DNA of 64,000 nucleotides, taken from assembly GCF_001194135.2 (NCBI RefSeq), contig NC_068981.1, positions 125,332,422 through 125,396,421 of the forward strand, given 5' to 3'. The translations under genes were made by a program, and so were the position numbers. The stretch comes from Octopus bimaculoides. Its lineage: Eukaryota. Position 1 is the first letter of the stretch; every line of letters starts with the position of its first letter. Below, piece after piece: positions 1-11,615 of this stretch. The notes under the pieces were generated by a model. The model was given only the letters and a program-made list of their open reading frames with translations. It made no database searches and was not told the DNA's origin.

Positions 1-677
1 TATATATATATATATATATATTCAGGGCAAGCTAGTACGTATACTAGAAGAAGATGCCAAATGTCTCTAAACTACCTTAAGATATCACCGGATACACATA
101 CACACACATTTGAAAAATATATGAGAAGGTGAATCTCTGTCTATCTAAAAAATGCTGCATAATCAATAGTAATCTTCAAGCTATTTGAAGAATTAAGAGT
201 ACTTTAAAGAGCTTATATTTTTACAGTGTCTGCTTACAAATTCATAAATACAAGACAATTGTTTTAATCGATTTAAGAAAAGGTTTCTAAAGAGCAACAT
301 GATATTAGTCTACTTATGTGTCGCACATTTGTCTAAGAATGAAGTAGTATGGTTGGGCAAATTGGGTATGAGTTTTAGTTGAAAATAAGTTGTTGTATAA
401 GCACTTCCATCACAGTTTAAGTCCCTTGCAGAATGTGAACTCAGCACTCCAAGATAATTAATTTAATAACTGGTTAAGTTTACATTGACCTAATTGCTTG
501 TAGAAGTGAATGGTATCTACTTATGGTGCCTTTTTACAGCAGAAGTATGAGATGAGCCAGCAAGCGCTATGTGTCAAACCATAGACATAAATACTGTATA
601 TAAGTACAGGACTTGAACCATTACCTCTTCCATCAGAGACTAACACTCAGTCAACATAGAGTCAACGCAGTCACGAT

Positions 678-1130
678 TTGTGGTAAGAAGTTTGCTTCCC
701 AATGAAATGATTCTGGATTCAATCCCACCGAGTGGCACCTTGGGCAACTGCCTTCTACAATATCCCTGGTCTGATCAAAGCCTTGTGAGTGGATTTGATA
801 GACAGAAAATGAAAGAAGGCTAAAGGAATGAATAAATGAATATGCAGGTGTGTGTGTGTGTGTGCGTGTGTGCACGCGTGCGCACTTTTGTCTCTTTGCC
901 TTGACATCACATGGTAGTTGTAAATGAACGTTTCAGTCATGCAGGCAGTGCTCTTCATTCCCAATCTCTTATGAGAACATATCTGGCACAGGAAAATATC
1001 TTACTTGGAAACAGGCAATGGTTGGTGACAGGAAGAGCATCTGGCTGTAGAAAGTCTGCCTCAACAAAATACTGTCTGATCCATGCAAGCATGGAAGTAT
1101 TGGCACTAAAGGATGATGTTGATGATGAAT
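678..1130 (+). mobile_element. SINE family A (tRNA-derived head) with (TG)n middle and alternative tail ending in (GAT)n
   Basis: Head 'tgtggtaagaagtttgcttccc...ggcaccttgggcaa...aaagccttgtgagtggattt' recurs at 10875, 16752, 24652, 40631, 53580 and 61955. (TG)n at ~847-885. Tail similar to 62160-62330 and 55800-55980. Confidence 0.75.
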
Positions 1131-1839
1131 AATTGTCAGAAAATTCTAATACATTACCATCTTAACATATTTGATGAAAAAAAAAAATGAAACTGCTGCA
1201 AAACACAAGGGAAATCCTAATTAGCTCACTTTAAAATCAAAGCTATTCACTAAAATACTCAGACTGTTATGAAAATTATTTCCTTTCCACCAGTTCATCT
1301 TTTGGAGACTTACATCAGGCATGTTGATAAACACACTACATTGCGTGTTAATTATGGGATTTGTGAAGCATTGTTCCATCATTATATCTTTTAAATCTAT
1401 TAATACTCAAATCAATGCTTCTCAAAAAAATATTGTAGTCATTGAAATTAACACACTCATCCATCATTAAATCACAAGAGGCTCTAAGATATTTTTTTTA
1501 CGATTTTCAGCCACAGTCTTATGCTTGAAGAAGACTGTGAGACACTAGTTATATATAACCAAAGCAAGAGTAGGCAAAAAAAAAAAGAACAACAAAAACA
1601 AAAACGAAGAAAAGACAAAAAAACCCCAACAAAAACAGTGCACTGAACTCTATTAGACACTTGCTCAAAATGATGTCAGTTAGTGGTGATGATGGTGGTG
1701 GTAGTGGTGATGATAATGGTGGTGATGTGAAGGGATTCTTTTCATATCAGGCATTTGGCATTTGAGACTAACAATAAGAAACAACTAAAAAAACAACTTA
1801 CAATAAAATAGAGATTAATGAATGAAATCTATTCAGATA

Positions 1840-2020
1840 AACAGCTTCAGAACATTACCAAATTACAAAAGATATCCAATATTAGAAGATACTTAGCATC
1901 AGATGTTATCCAACAATAAAAGACACTGCACATCAGAACATATATACATCAAAAGATAGCCAACAATAGAAGGTACTCAACATTTGGGGACACCTCACAT
2001 CAGAAGATACACAATATAAG
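1840..2020. repeat. Degenerate ~15-bp minisatellite (catcagaagatatcc / aacaatagaagatac-like units)
   Basis: Repeated 'catcagaa', 'gatatccaa' and 'caacaatagaag' motifs seen by eye. Confidence 0.5.
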
Positions 2021-2732
2021 AATAAATTTGGCTGCTATTTCTCTAACAGATCAAGCTAATGCATGGTGCCTTCCTTGTTGATTCAAATTATTTAAATGGT
2101 TGTATGTAAAATACAGCCATTAGAATTTATGAATTAGTCATTGGATTTATGAATTATTCATTGGAAAGAATTGGACAAAAGACATTGTCTGAAGCATGCG
2201 TGTTTACTTTATCTCCAAGTACAACAACTTACATCGCTTTAATTTTTCAGTTACAGATGGCTGTTGTTATTTTGGTCAGGTCACTCCCAAATGAACAAAT
2301 CTATGCTCAAAGACATTCCAGCTATGATCATCCTGTCTTTTTTCCAGACTAACTGATCAAATGTATCTCTTTTTAATAATGGTAAAGTTTAATTCGAAGA
2401 GAATTGGCTGCTGTTTCTAGCAGGCCCCTCAGTCTTGTAATAAATATAAAGCTACTGTTGTGCTAGAGTACGACATTCCCTGGCAAGAATGGCCTGGACC
2501 ACTACATATAAATAGTAGCGGTCTGAGTAAGTGAAGTAGTTCATGCTAGTTCTTTTTGCTGTTGGTTTAATCACTTTTGATCCCTGTTAGCTGTGAGTCA
2601 CATTGTTAATTATTTCTTGAAGCTCTCCTGTAAGGATGAGCCTAATTGTTGAACCTCATTGTTGAATTGCTGAATTGTTAGTTGCTGTTTTTTGCCTGTG
2701 ATTTTATGGGTAAAGTAGAGAAAAAAGGAAGA

Positions 2733-3922
2733 ATGGAGTGCGAACCAGTTCCAGCTGGCAGCTATGCAACTGCAGACATATTATAGGTTTGAGAGGTGAA
2801 GATGGTGCAAAGGAAGTTGAAGGAGTTCAACGAACTGATCAAGAAGGAGGGAACCAGTTTGAGGTTGACCCCATGGCAAGATTTTACAGCTAGTGTAATG
2901 AAGCGGCCAGTGGTATATAGAACGCTGTCCACGGCAATGTAAAAATAGAAATAGCCACAGTAGAGGTAATAGAGGAGTGTTTGAATGTGGTAAAAAGCCT
3001 CACAACATTCTACACCAGAAGGAGAAGGTACAGCACAGTGGAGGTAAGGTTCACTAGTGAACAAGAAGCGATAAACCTCTCCACTGTGGTGCTGAGGACA
3101 CCAGAGTGGGTACTTCTGCCAACTTACTGTGGCAAACGAGTGGCTAGGGTAGGGATTGGCAGAGTACCCCCAGAGATTGAGGAGGCGTGGCTGGTAGCAG
3201 CCATTATGTATAATATGGAGGAGGACATAAAAGTTTTAAAAGTAACGAGGATGAAAGAGGTAGGGATACGGCCTTGAAGTGGCCATCCAAGTCAGTTTAC
3301 AAAATTTACACAAGATAGCTGAGGAGGTGATACTGCTGGAAGACGTGAGATTGAGAGTAGTGGTGGAGGGAAGACCTCCAACCTGTTACCAGTGTGGAGT
3401 AAGGGGACACATGAGAGCAAGGTGTTCCCAGAAAGACGATAAAGGTGTAGAGGAACAGCAGTAGCAGGGTACCAAGTGGGAGAAGAGGACTGAAGTGATG
3501 GCCCCAGTAAGTGAGAAGTGACTAGAGAAGGTGGAGAAGGAATATACGGTGGTGAATAGAAAAAAAAAGGAAGGAAGATGTGGACTCCCCACCAAAGAGT
3601 CCGTTAAAGAAAAGGAAGGAAAGTAAACAGGAAGAGACGCAACATGAGATTCCAACAACAACAAGGGAAGCCAATGTGGAAAATCAAGTGGGACTACAGG
3701 AACAAGTAACTAAAAAAGAACCGAAACATAAATGGTATATGGTGACTTATGCGAAAAGCATGGAGATTGAAAAGAAAATAATGAAAATGAAGTCGGTAAT
3801 AAGAGTGAAGACTGAGAGAATTGTTTGGAAATAGAATAGACCCAACAGGAGTACACGTGGAGTTCGATGATTTGCTGCCAGTAATAGATTATGAGAACCT
3901 ACTGCCTTACATAAAACGGTAA
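2733..3922 (+). pseudogene. Zinc-knuckle ORF1/gag-like protein of a non-LTR (L1/Tx1-type) element, with frameshifts and stops
   Basis: ORF pieces VLLPTYCGKRVARVGIGRVPPEI and LRVVVEGRPPTCYQCGVRGHMRARC (CX2CX4HX4C), then a charged low-complexity region. Last reading frame ends at TAA 3920-3922, followed by an A-rich tract to ~4020. No ORF2 follows. Confidence 0.7.
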
Positions 3923-4025
3923 AAAAAGTAAGTAATTGTTTGAAATTCTAATAACTGTAAAACAGATGCAAAAAGAAAAAAGAGGGAAAAAATGATATTA
4001 AAAACATTAAACTAAAACATTTAAA

Positions 4026-4360
4026 TGATATCACTTGCGAGTGGGAAGCATACAGCCATTTCCTCTTCATTATTATTGTTCATCCTTCATTCATTCATTC
4101 TGTGTTTTTTGTCCCCACTGTCGTGTTTTGTCTGTCCTTGTGCTGTCCCCTCTGTGTATAAGCCTGAGTGCTTTAATAAACAAAAGCGTTCATGCTAGTT
4201 CCACAGTTTCTGTGTTGATAGTTCAAAGTTTACAGTTTGAGTTTGTATGTTGGATTGTTGGTTCTTAAAAAAATGTTGTTATGTTACGTGTGGTTACTGC
4301 CATTTGCTTTGATTATATTGTTATTACACCGTTGCATGTTATATCCAAAAGGATATAACA
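4026..4360 (+). repeat. Putative 5' LTR of the Gypsy element
   Basis: Ends ...ATAACA at 4360 directly before the PBS. Contains TATAAG (4157) and AATAAA (4175). Left boundary (TG at 4026) is uncertain. Confidence 0.6.
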
Positions 4361-4362
4361 TT

Positions 4363-4372
4363 TGGCGATGAA
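4363..4372 (+). promoter_or_regulatory. Primer-binding site
   Basis: TGGCGATGAA two nt after the LTR-terminal CA; resembles the common Gypsy TGGCGACGAG-type PBS. Confidence 0.65.
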
Positions 4373-4390
4373 AATTGTTTGAAACTCACA

Positions 4391-5335
4391 ATGGCTATTT
4401 GACAATTTTTGCGTCACGGAAAACCTCCTAACCACAGTAGTACAACTTCAAGGGAAACAACAGGAACAACTACAGGAGTTGCAAAAACAAATACTACAAC
4501 AACAATTAATTGAGTTACAGTAGGTGAAGTCCGAAAATTCAGTAAGCTAATTTACATCAGAGAGTGTGGCTAATGCAATATCTGAATTTATGTATAATCA
4601 GGAGGAGGATATTACGTTTCCTGTGTATTATATAAGATACAAGGAAATTTTTAACAATGAGTGCAAGTCATGGTCAGAGGAGTAGAAATTAAGGCTTTTA
4701 CTATGCAAGGTAGGTCCTGCTGAACATGAGCGTTACTGTAACTTTATTCTGCTCAAAAAATCAAGTGAGATTAGTTTCCAAGAATCTGTGGAACTGCTTT
4801 CAAAAATTTTTTTGTCATATTCAACACCAGAATGGAATGTTGAAACTTAACAAAAAAACAATAAGGAGGATGATTTTATCACCTACGCCAGAGTAGTCAG
4901 CCGTATATGTGAAAATTTCAAACTCTAGGATCTCATACAGGATATGTTCAAATATCTTACCTTCGCGGAAAGACTTATATCACCTGAAGATAGAGAAATT
5001 CAGGAAAGGATTCTCTCAAAAATAGAGCAAGTGATTCAGGATTTATCTCTATACCATTGCAGAAGAATGTCAGACTATGGTAAATCTTGATGTAAAAAAA
5101 AATACAAGATAAAAACTTTGCAAAAATTCAAATGTGATGTCCCAGAAAGCACAATCAAAAAACAGTGTCAAGCTCCAATCTGTTTTATGGTTGTGGAGGC
5201 CTACACTACAAAAAGGATTGTCTATTTAAAAGCAAAAAGAACTATAGTTGTTAGAAGCTGGGACACGGAAGTTCATATTGTAGAACAAGACTACAAGGCT
5301 CAAACACAAAAAATTGTAAGGTGTTTTCAGTAGAG
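4391..5335 (+). pseudogene. Gypsy gag remnant
   Basis: Reads ...SVANAISEFMYNQEEDITFPVYYIRYKEIFNNECKSWSEE*KLRLLLCKVGPAEHERYCNFIL.... Zinc-knuckle remnants GCGGLHYKKDC and SC*KLGHGSSYC at ~5181-5285. Multiple stops. Confidence 0.75.
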
Positions 5336-5379
5336 AGTGATTGCGATGGAAAAACAAGAAAATTCATGCACATAAAAAT

Positions 5380-6735
5380 AAATGATGTGAATACCAAATT
5401 ATAGTTAGACACAGATAGTGACATCCTGATTATAAATGTGGATACTTGGAAAAAAATTGGTAAACTGAGATTATGTAAAACAGTGAAAATAGCACGTGGT
5501 GTAATGGGCAATAAATTACATTTCATGGGCAAAACATGTATTGATGTCACATTTCAAGGGGGTACATGTGAAGTAACATTATTCATTGTGTATATAATAT
5601 AATCAATCTGTTTGGCACAGATTGGTTAGAACTATTCAATTTATGGTGCCTCCCAATAAATTTTTACTACAATAACATAAATGATTGTCCCATTAAAAAC
5701 AAGTGTTCAGAAGAACTGAAGAAAAAATTGAACAAAATGTTCCTGCAAGTGTTATCAGAGGATTTAGGTTTATGTAGAAAGATAGAAGCCTATTTACAAG
5801 TAAATGAAAATGCTGTAATTGTATTTAGAGCAAAGAGAAAAGTACCGTTCATGGCAACTGAAAACATAAATGAAGAGTTGGACAGACTTGAAAAGAGTGG
5901 AATCATCAAAAAGGTGGAGTACTCAAAGTGGACAGCAATCATGGTATGTGTTGAAAAAAAAGTAATAAGATTAGGCTGTGCACCGATTTCTCTACAAGAT
6001 TGAACAACTGCTTAAAAACATACCACCATCCACTCCTGACTGCAGAGGACATTTTTACAAAGTTAAATGGTGGAAAATTTTTTTCCAAATTAGATCTTTC
6101 CGAAGCCTATTTACAGATAAAAGTAAATGAAAAATGCTTTAAGTATTTGACAATAAATACACATAGAAGATTGTACAGATACATATGATTACCTTTTGAT
6201 TTAAAAGTGGCACCAGCAATATTCCAGCAAATCATGGATACTATTTTACCTGATTGTGAATTTGCAATCCCGTACTTGGATGATATTTTAATGAAGAGTA
6301 ATTATCCTGAACAGCATGTGGAACACATAAAAGCTGTGTTTAAGAATATTAAGGTTTTCAAGTTCAGTTTGAGTGAAGAAAAATGCAAATTCTTTCTACC
6401 CCAAATTAAAAACTTGGGTTAAGTAATTGATAAAAATGGCAGACGTCCTGACCCGTTGAGGGTAGACGCAATAAGCGATATACTGGCAGTGACAAATATT
6501 GCAATTTCACAAGCATTTCTTGGGTTGGCAAACTATTTTCAAAACTACACTCCTAATAAGACCTCCATTGAAAGACTTATTAAAAAAAAGGAGTAAAGTG
6601 GAGTTGGTCCATTAAATGCCAGAACACTTTTGAAGAAATAAAAAATTCTAATCTTAAACCTGTCGTTAGCACATTATGATCCCAAAATGGACATCACTGT
6701 AGTGTCTAGTGCTTCCGAGCATGGATTAGGTATCT
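5380..6735 (+). pseudogene. Gypsy pol remnant (aspartic protease, reverse transcriptase, start of RNase H)
   Basis: LDTDSDI (mutated DTGS) at 5405. RT motifs FRAKRKVPF, FSKLDLSEAYLQI, APAIFQQIMD and YLDDIL. FLGLANY after the RT; LAHYDP near 6670. Frameshifts and stops throughout. Confidence 0.9.
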
Positions 6736-7165
6736 GTGTTTAGATTCCATGATTGCATGAATTAAAGTTGATGTTCACCCTTGTCATTTTCTTGTTAATA
6801 CATTGTCCATTCAGTCTATGTTTTCAAATACAGGAAACAAAAACTTCCTTACTTGAGGAAAAAATGCAACAGTTAGCAGCTGGAAGAGTATCTCACTGTA
6901 GAACAATATGTATTTTCTACAATATGTATTTGCCTAACCCATGTAGGCATGGAAAAATAGATGTCAAAACATATAAATAAACATACAGTATATGCAGTTG
7001 TTTGGAGTCAGTTGTGCAGTAAAGGAAAAAAAACTCCCCTACAACACACTGGAATGAAACAATAAATCACTCCTAACAAATATAAACTCCACATCATGTA
7101 TATTTTAAGGAAGTCAACTCCCTTCCTCTCTCTCTGGACATAAAGTATGTAGATATGTATGTAGG

Positions 7166-7167
<2 letters not shown>

Positions 7168-7209
<42 letters not shown>
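7168..7209. repeat. (TG)n microsatellite
   Basis: Direct reading. Confidence 0.95.
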
Positions 7210-7210
<1 letters not shown>

Positions 7211-7779
7211 ATTAAATGAATGTCATGAAATGTAAACAAAAAGAAAATAATAGCAATATGAACAAGCTAAACTTAGACATATTGGTTATGGTCCTGGAAA
7301 ATGTCCAATTAGAGTAATGCCTTTATTCTTTTTCTCAGTTCAATAATAATGTGATAGCATAGACACAAAATTCCATAAATGGTGCATCTATATGTTTATG
7401 GTTCTGTATTTATGGCTATCACTAGAACTTCAGTAATTACATAAATAATATCCTTTGTAAAATGTATGAACATCACCACCTTCTCTTCCCTATAATGTTA
7501 TATCAATTAGGCATCATGCCAATGTAAAGAATCATTATCATTGGCACTGGATTGGCAAAATTATTAGAACCTACAGTACTTAATTACAGATCATTATTTT
7601 TAAAGTTAACTTTGTTTTTCATCCTTCAAGAATCAACAAAAAAAAAAGTACCAGTCATATCAGCATAATCAAATGATCCCTTTCTTTCAAAAAAGAATAA
7701 AAAAACAACTCTAAAATCTAAAATTAAAAAATAAAAATTGAATGTGTGTATGAAAAGAAGCAACTCTGACAAGTACAGT

Positions 7780-8388
7780 AACTCTAGGCATGTTTCAGTT
7801 TTATAAGACCTCATCAGTATAAAGCTTAGTCTTATCAGTACTTGCCAGATCATGGTGAGAGAATATATTGATCTTAAGTTAATAAACAGTAGTAGGCATG
7901 GAAATTATTAAGGGATGTCTTCCATATGAAATAATCTTCAGTTTGTATATTATTGTTTTCTTTTATATAACAAAATGTCTTTTATTCTCTTATAATAGTT
8001 ATCCACTTACTTTTGTTTGCTTCTAAGTATTTTACAGACACACTATGATTACTCGGTATTCTCTATTTGTATTAGGCTTCTTTCATATATGCAAAGAAGT
8101 TATATCATATCTAAACTAGTAAATTTAGAAAGCAGTATGCAGTTTTCTGGTTTTTCCATTTTCAATTCACTTAACTTCTAATTTAAAATATCAAAGCTAT
8201 AATTTATAACTTGAATAGCTTGGACCTAATTTCTTTATTTGCCTTTGATATTTGATATTAGCTTTTAATATTAGAGTTTTCTAGAAAACTCTTTTCTAAT
8301 TTTCTGCTTTTTGCTATATCTCAATAGCTTTTCACACAAATTTTTCAAACCGTCCAACCCATGCCATCATGGAAAGCAGATGTTAAAC

Positions 8389-8433
<45 letters not shown>

Positions 8434-9300
8434 AAAAGAATTAATCTATGCCATGCTTTGATTTCATTTTCCTGTTACTGTCTACAATAACTGCTTGGGT
8501 CACTCATTATTCTTTAACTCATTCACACAATTCTTCTCACCTGCTCCTTTGGTTAGATATCATTATCTTCCAAATGGATACCCAGCCTGTTGGAGAGTAA
8601 AAAATGTTACAGCTACAAACACAATAAATAAAAGGGTCATTAGACTGCAACTTGGGGTGGGGATTTGGAAGTTTCCTATTTGGAACTGAATAATTTTCTA
8701 TCTAGCAATCAGTTGGGGTTGATTGTGGCTGCATAATAATTTCTAGACTACAGTTGTTTTCTTTCACATAAAGAGCTTGTGTACTTTAAAAAAAATAAAG
8801 CATAAATGCTATTAATTCAGAAAGCCTTTCAGTTATTAACACTATCATTATTATATTTGAATGTTATCATAACCAAATTTTTTGCTGCCCCGTTATCACA
8901 AGATGGCACTCACATAGGTCACCATAGCTAGCAGCTGATTGTTCTTTAAACAAACCAATGTAACTAGCTGTCTATTATCATAAGACAGCTCTGAAGTCAA
9001 TAATATCTTTATTAATATTTCTTGTACCTTTATTGACAGCTACTGACTATCTGTTTTCATGCTATAATATATATTAGAAATAATTCTAGATAACTTCAAG
9101 ACCTCGTTAGATCTGGTTACATTGGAAATCAATAAATTAGATAAAACTAAATAATACAAAATACTACTTCATAAGTCAGCATATTCTGTATTCTCAAAAT
9201 CCTTTCAATTTTTACTCAAAACTGATGTCTACTTCATAGGATACCATATATGGTTACCAAACAAAAAAGAAGATAAAAAAAGAAGACAGTTGTTACATTG
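7780..9300 (-). mobile_element. Heavily decayed Penelope-like element (RT plus GIY-YIG remnants) with terminal hammerhead-like core
   Basis: Minus-strand peptide remnants LAMVT (cf. GTAMGT), PHPKLQSNDPF (cf. CHPKHTKxNIPF), ISNQRSR*EELCE and EDYFIWKTSLNN (cf. ExxFIxKxxPxLN), then CTGATGA...GAAAC at 7817-7792. An RTE-type tail is inserted at ~8350-8432. Confidence 0.45.
8350..8432 (+). repeat. RTE-type 3' tail fragment with (GAT)n
   Basis: ccgtccaacccatgcc...atggaaagcagatgttaaacgatgatgat..., matching the tails at 14800, 24980 and 41830 (minus). Confidence 0.8.
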
Positions 9301-9585
9301 AATTCGTGTTTGCTTACTAATGAAATAATAAAGAAAACAGATAAAAGAAGAGCATAGAGTATCAAATTCAAACAATTTGTAGTAATGCTGAAAAATGTAT
9401 GCGTAGGTGCACAAAACAAACTAAAATAGAAAGGTAGACATTTCTCAATTTTCATTTCCAAGGTTATAGACAAGAGAAACAACACAGAAGAAATCAAAAG
9501 AATAAATCTTTGAAAATGTAAAATATTGTGGCAGGTTATTAAGTCTAAGTCTATTGATCTTCATCACTCTGAAAAAGAAAAAATA

Positions 9586-9611
9586 CATACATACATACAT
9601 ACATACATACA

Positions 9612-9642
<31 letters not shown>

Positions 9643-9675
9643 CATATGCATTATACAAGTGATGTAATATACGAA

Positions 9676-9728
<53 letters not shown>
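9586..9728. repeat. Compound (TACA)n and (TA)n microsatellites
   Basis: Direct reading. Confidence 0.95.
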
Positions 9729-9732
<4 letters not shown>

Positions 9733-10109
9733 AATACATATATACACATGTGAAGAAGCTGAATATGGTTATAGGAATATGTTAAAAGTTTAATTTGATC
9801 TAACTGAAAAAAGAAGAAGCACTGAAGTGTAGTGAAAGCCTAAGAAAGTATGTCTGTGTATGCACATGTTGTATGTATATATGTCTTGCACACAAACCTA
9901 TACACATGCACATACACACAGATGCATAAAAAGAAATCAATGCAAGATATTTTAAGCAAAAGTGATTTTATACGTCAAAGAATGAAAGAAAAAAAAAGAA
10001 AGAAAAAAGGTGTTATAATGAGGTGGATGAGCCTGAGGACTTTGCAACTAGAGAAAATGCAAAATCTGTTGGGTTGAACAGTTATAATCATATTTTTAAA
10101 AGTATCCAG

Positions 10110-10375
10110 TCCACACTGTGAAATGGTTGGCATTTGGAAGGGCATACAGCTGTAAAAACCATGCCAAAACTGACCTCGCCTGTGCTGGTGCCATGTAAAA
10201 AGCACTCAGTCCACTCTATGGGGTGGCTGGTGTTAGGAAGGGCATCCAGCCATAAAAACTATGCCAAAACAGACACAGTAACCTGGTGTAGTTTTCTACC
10301 TGGCTGGCTCTTGTCAAACCAACCAATACATGCCAGCATGGAAGACAGACTTTAAGTGATGATGATGATGATGAT
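10110..10375 (+). mobile_element. SINE/LINE-tail element (family D, RTE-type tail)
   Basis: gtgccatgtaaaaagcac...ttaggaagggcatccagc...catgccagcatggaa...(GAT)n. Confidence 0.7.
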
Positions 10376-10790
10376 AATGATTTCAAATTTTGGTACACGG
10401 CCAGAAATTTCGAAGGAAGGGGGTAAGTTGATTACATCGACCCCAGTGTTCAACTGGTACTTATTTTATTGACCCTGAAAGGATGAAAGGCAAAGCCAAC
10501 TTTGGTGGAATTTGAACACAGAATGTAAAGATGGATGAAATGCTGCTAAGCATTTTGCCCAGCATGTTAATGATTCTGCCAACTCAGTTTAAAATTTTAG
10601 CACAAGGCCAGCAATTTTGAGGGAGGGACTAAGTCAATTAAGTCAACTCCAATGCTCAACTGGTACTTATTTTATCAACTTCAAAAGGATGAAAGGCAAA
10701 GTTGACCCCATTGGCATTTGAACCCAGAATGTAAAAACAGACGAAATGCCACTAAGCATTTTGTTAGGCATGCTAATGGTTCTTTCAGCT
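10376..10790 (-). mobile_element. Two tandem copies of SINE family B
   Basis: Each reads on minus as ...gcagaat...aaatgcttag...cattctgtgttcaaat...aactttgcctttcatcc...aataagtaccagttg...cttgtg(c/t). Same family as 34050-34260. Confidence 0.8.
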
Positions 10791-10874
10791 CAAGGTCAGA
10801 GACAGGAAAAGAAGATACAATCTGTGTTTACATAAAAAAAAATCATGTAAGGAAGAGGAAATAACAAAAGCGAA

Positions 10875-11112
10875 ATATAAAGGAATGTGGTTAAGAACCT
10901 TTCTTTGCAATCAGATGATTTTAGGTTCAGTTGCACTATACAGAACCTTGGGCAAGTGTCTTTTACAATAGATCTAGGCCAACCAATGCCATGTGAATGA
11001 ATTTTGTAGATGGAAACTTTGCAGGGGTTTGTGTGTGTGTGTGTGTGTGTGTGTGGGTGTGTGTGTGCGTGCGTGCGTGTGTGCGTGTGTGTGTGTGTGT
11101 GTNNNNNNNNNN

Positions 11113-11159
<47 letters not shown>

Positions 11160-11340
11160 GACAACCAGTGACATTTTGTTTATGTCTCTGTAACTTAGCA
11201 GTTTGGTAAAAGAGTCAAATAAAGTACCAGACTTGAAATAAACATAACTACTGGGTTTAATTTGTTTAACCCTAACCCTAAACCTGTCATGGTGATGCTC
11301 CAGCATGGACACTGTCTAATGACTGAAACAAGTAAACAAT
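10875..11340 (+). mobile_element. SINE family A with (TG)n middle and N gap (11103-11112)
   Basis: Head tgtggttaagaacc...ttgggcaagtgtc; tail ...ctccagcatgg...atgactgaaacaagtaaa. Confidence 0.8.
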
Positions 11341-11615
11341 AAATGATAAAAAGAAAATTTCTCTAAAAGAAGGAGACTTATGAGGGTTATTCATGGAACC
11401 CACACAAAAACCATGGTCATCCTGATCACTAAGGCAATCCCCAGCAATTGTCCTTCAGTCTAAAGGCACATGCTTAGAGCCAGTCTGTTCGCTTGGACAC
11501 TGCATGCCACTGTCACCCACCTTTCAACAAATTTGCTGGGATGCAGCACTTCTGTCTACACTCTTCCGTCCTGATATATCTTATGCCTTGCAAAATATAA
11601 AGTTAAGTAAGATAC

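Larger units (their letters stand above)
4026..6735 (+). mobile_element. Truncated, decayed Ty3/Gypsy LTR retrotransposon
   Basis: Order is LTR, PBS, gag (two CCHC remnants), protease, RT, RNase H start. Ends abruptly near 6735 with no integrase or 3' LTR. Confidence 0.9.

Noticed and set aside
1509-1536. 9-bp hairpin cacagtctt / aagactgtg with a TTGAAGA loop sequence
   Set aside because: No complete ribozyme core on either strand; an isolated short stem is not enough evidence.
9445-9753. YI/YV/HT/CV-repeat ORFs here and at 10.8, 23.7-24.9, 25.7, 53.1-53.9 and 61.3 kb
   Set aside because: Translations of (TA)n, (CA)n and (TACA)n microsatellites.
11270-11284. Telomere-like (CCCTAA)2
   Set aside because: Only two units, inside a SINE tail; expected by chance.
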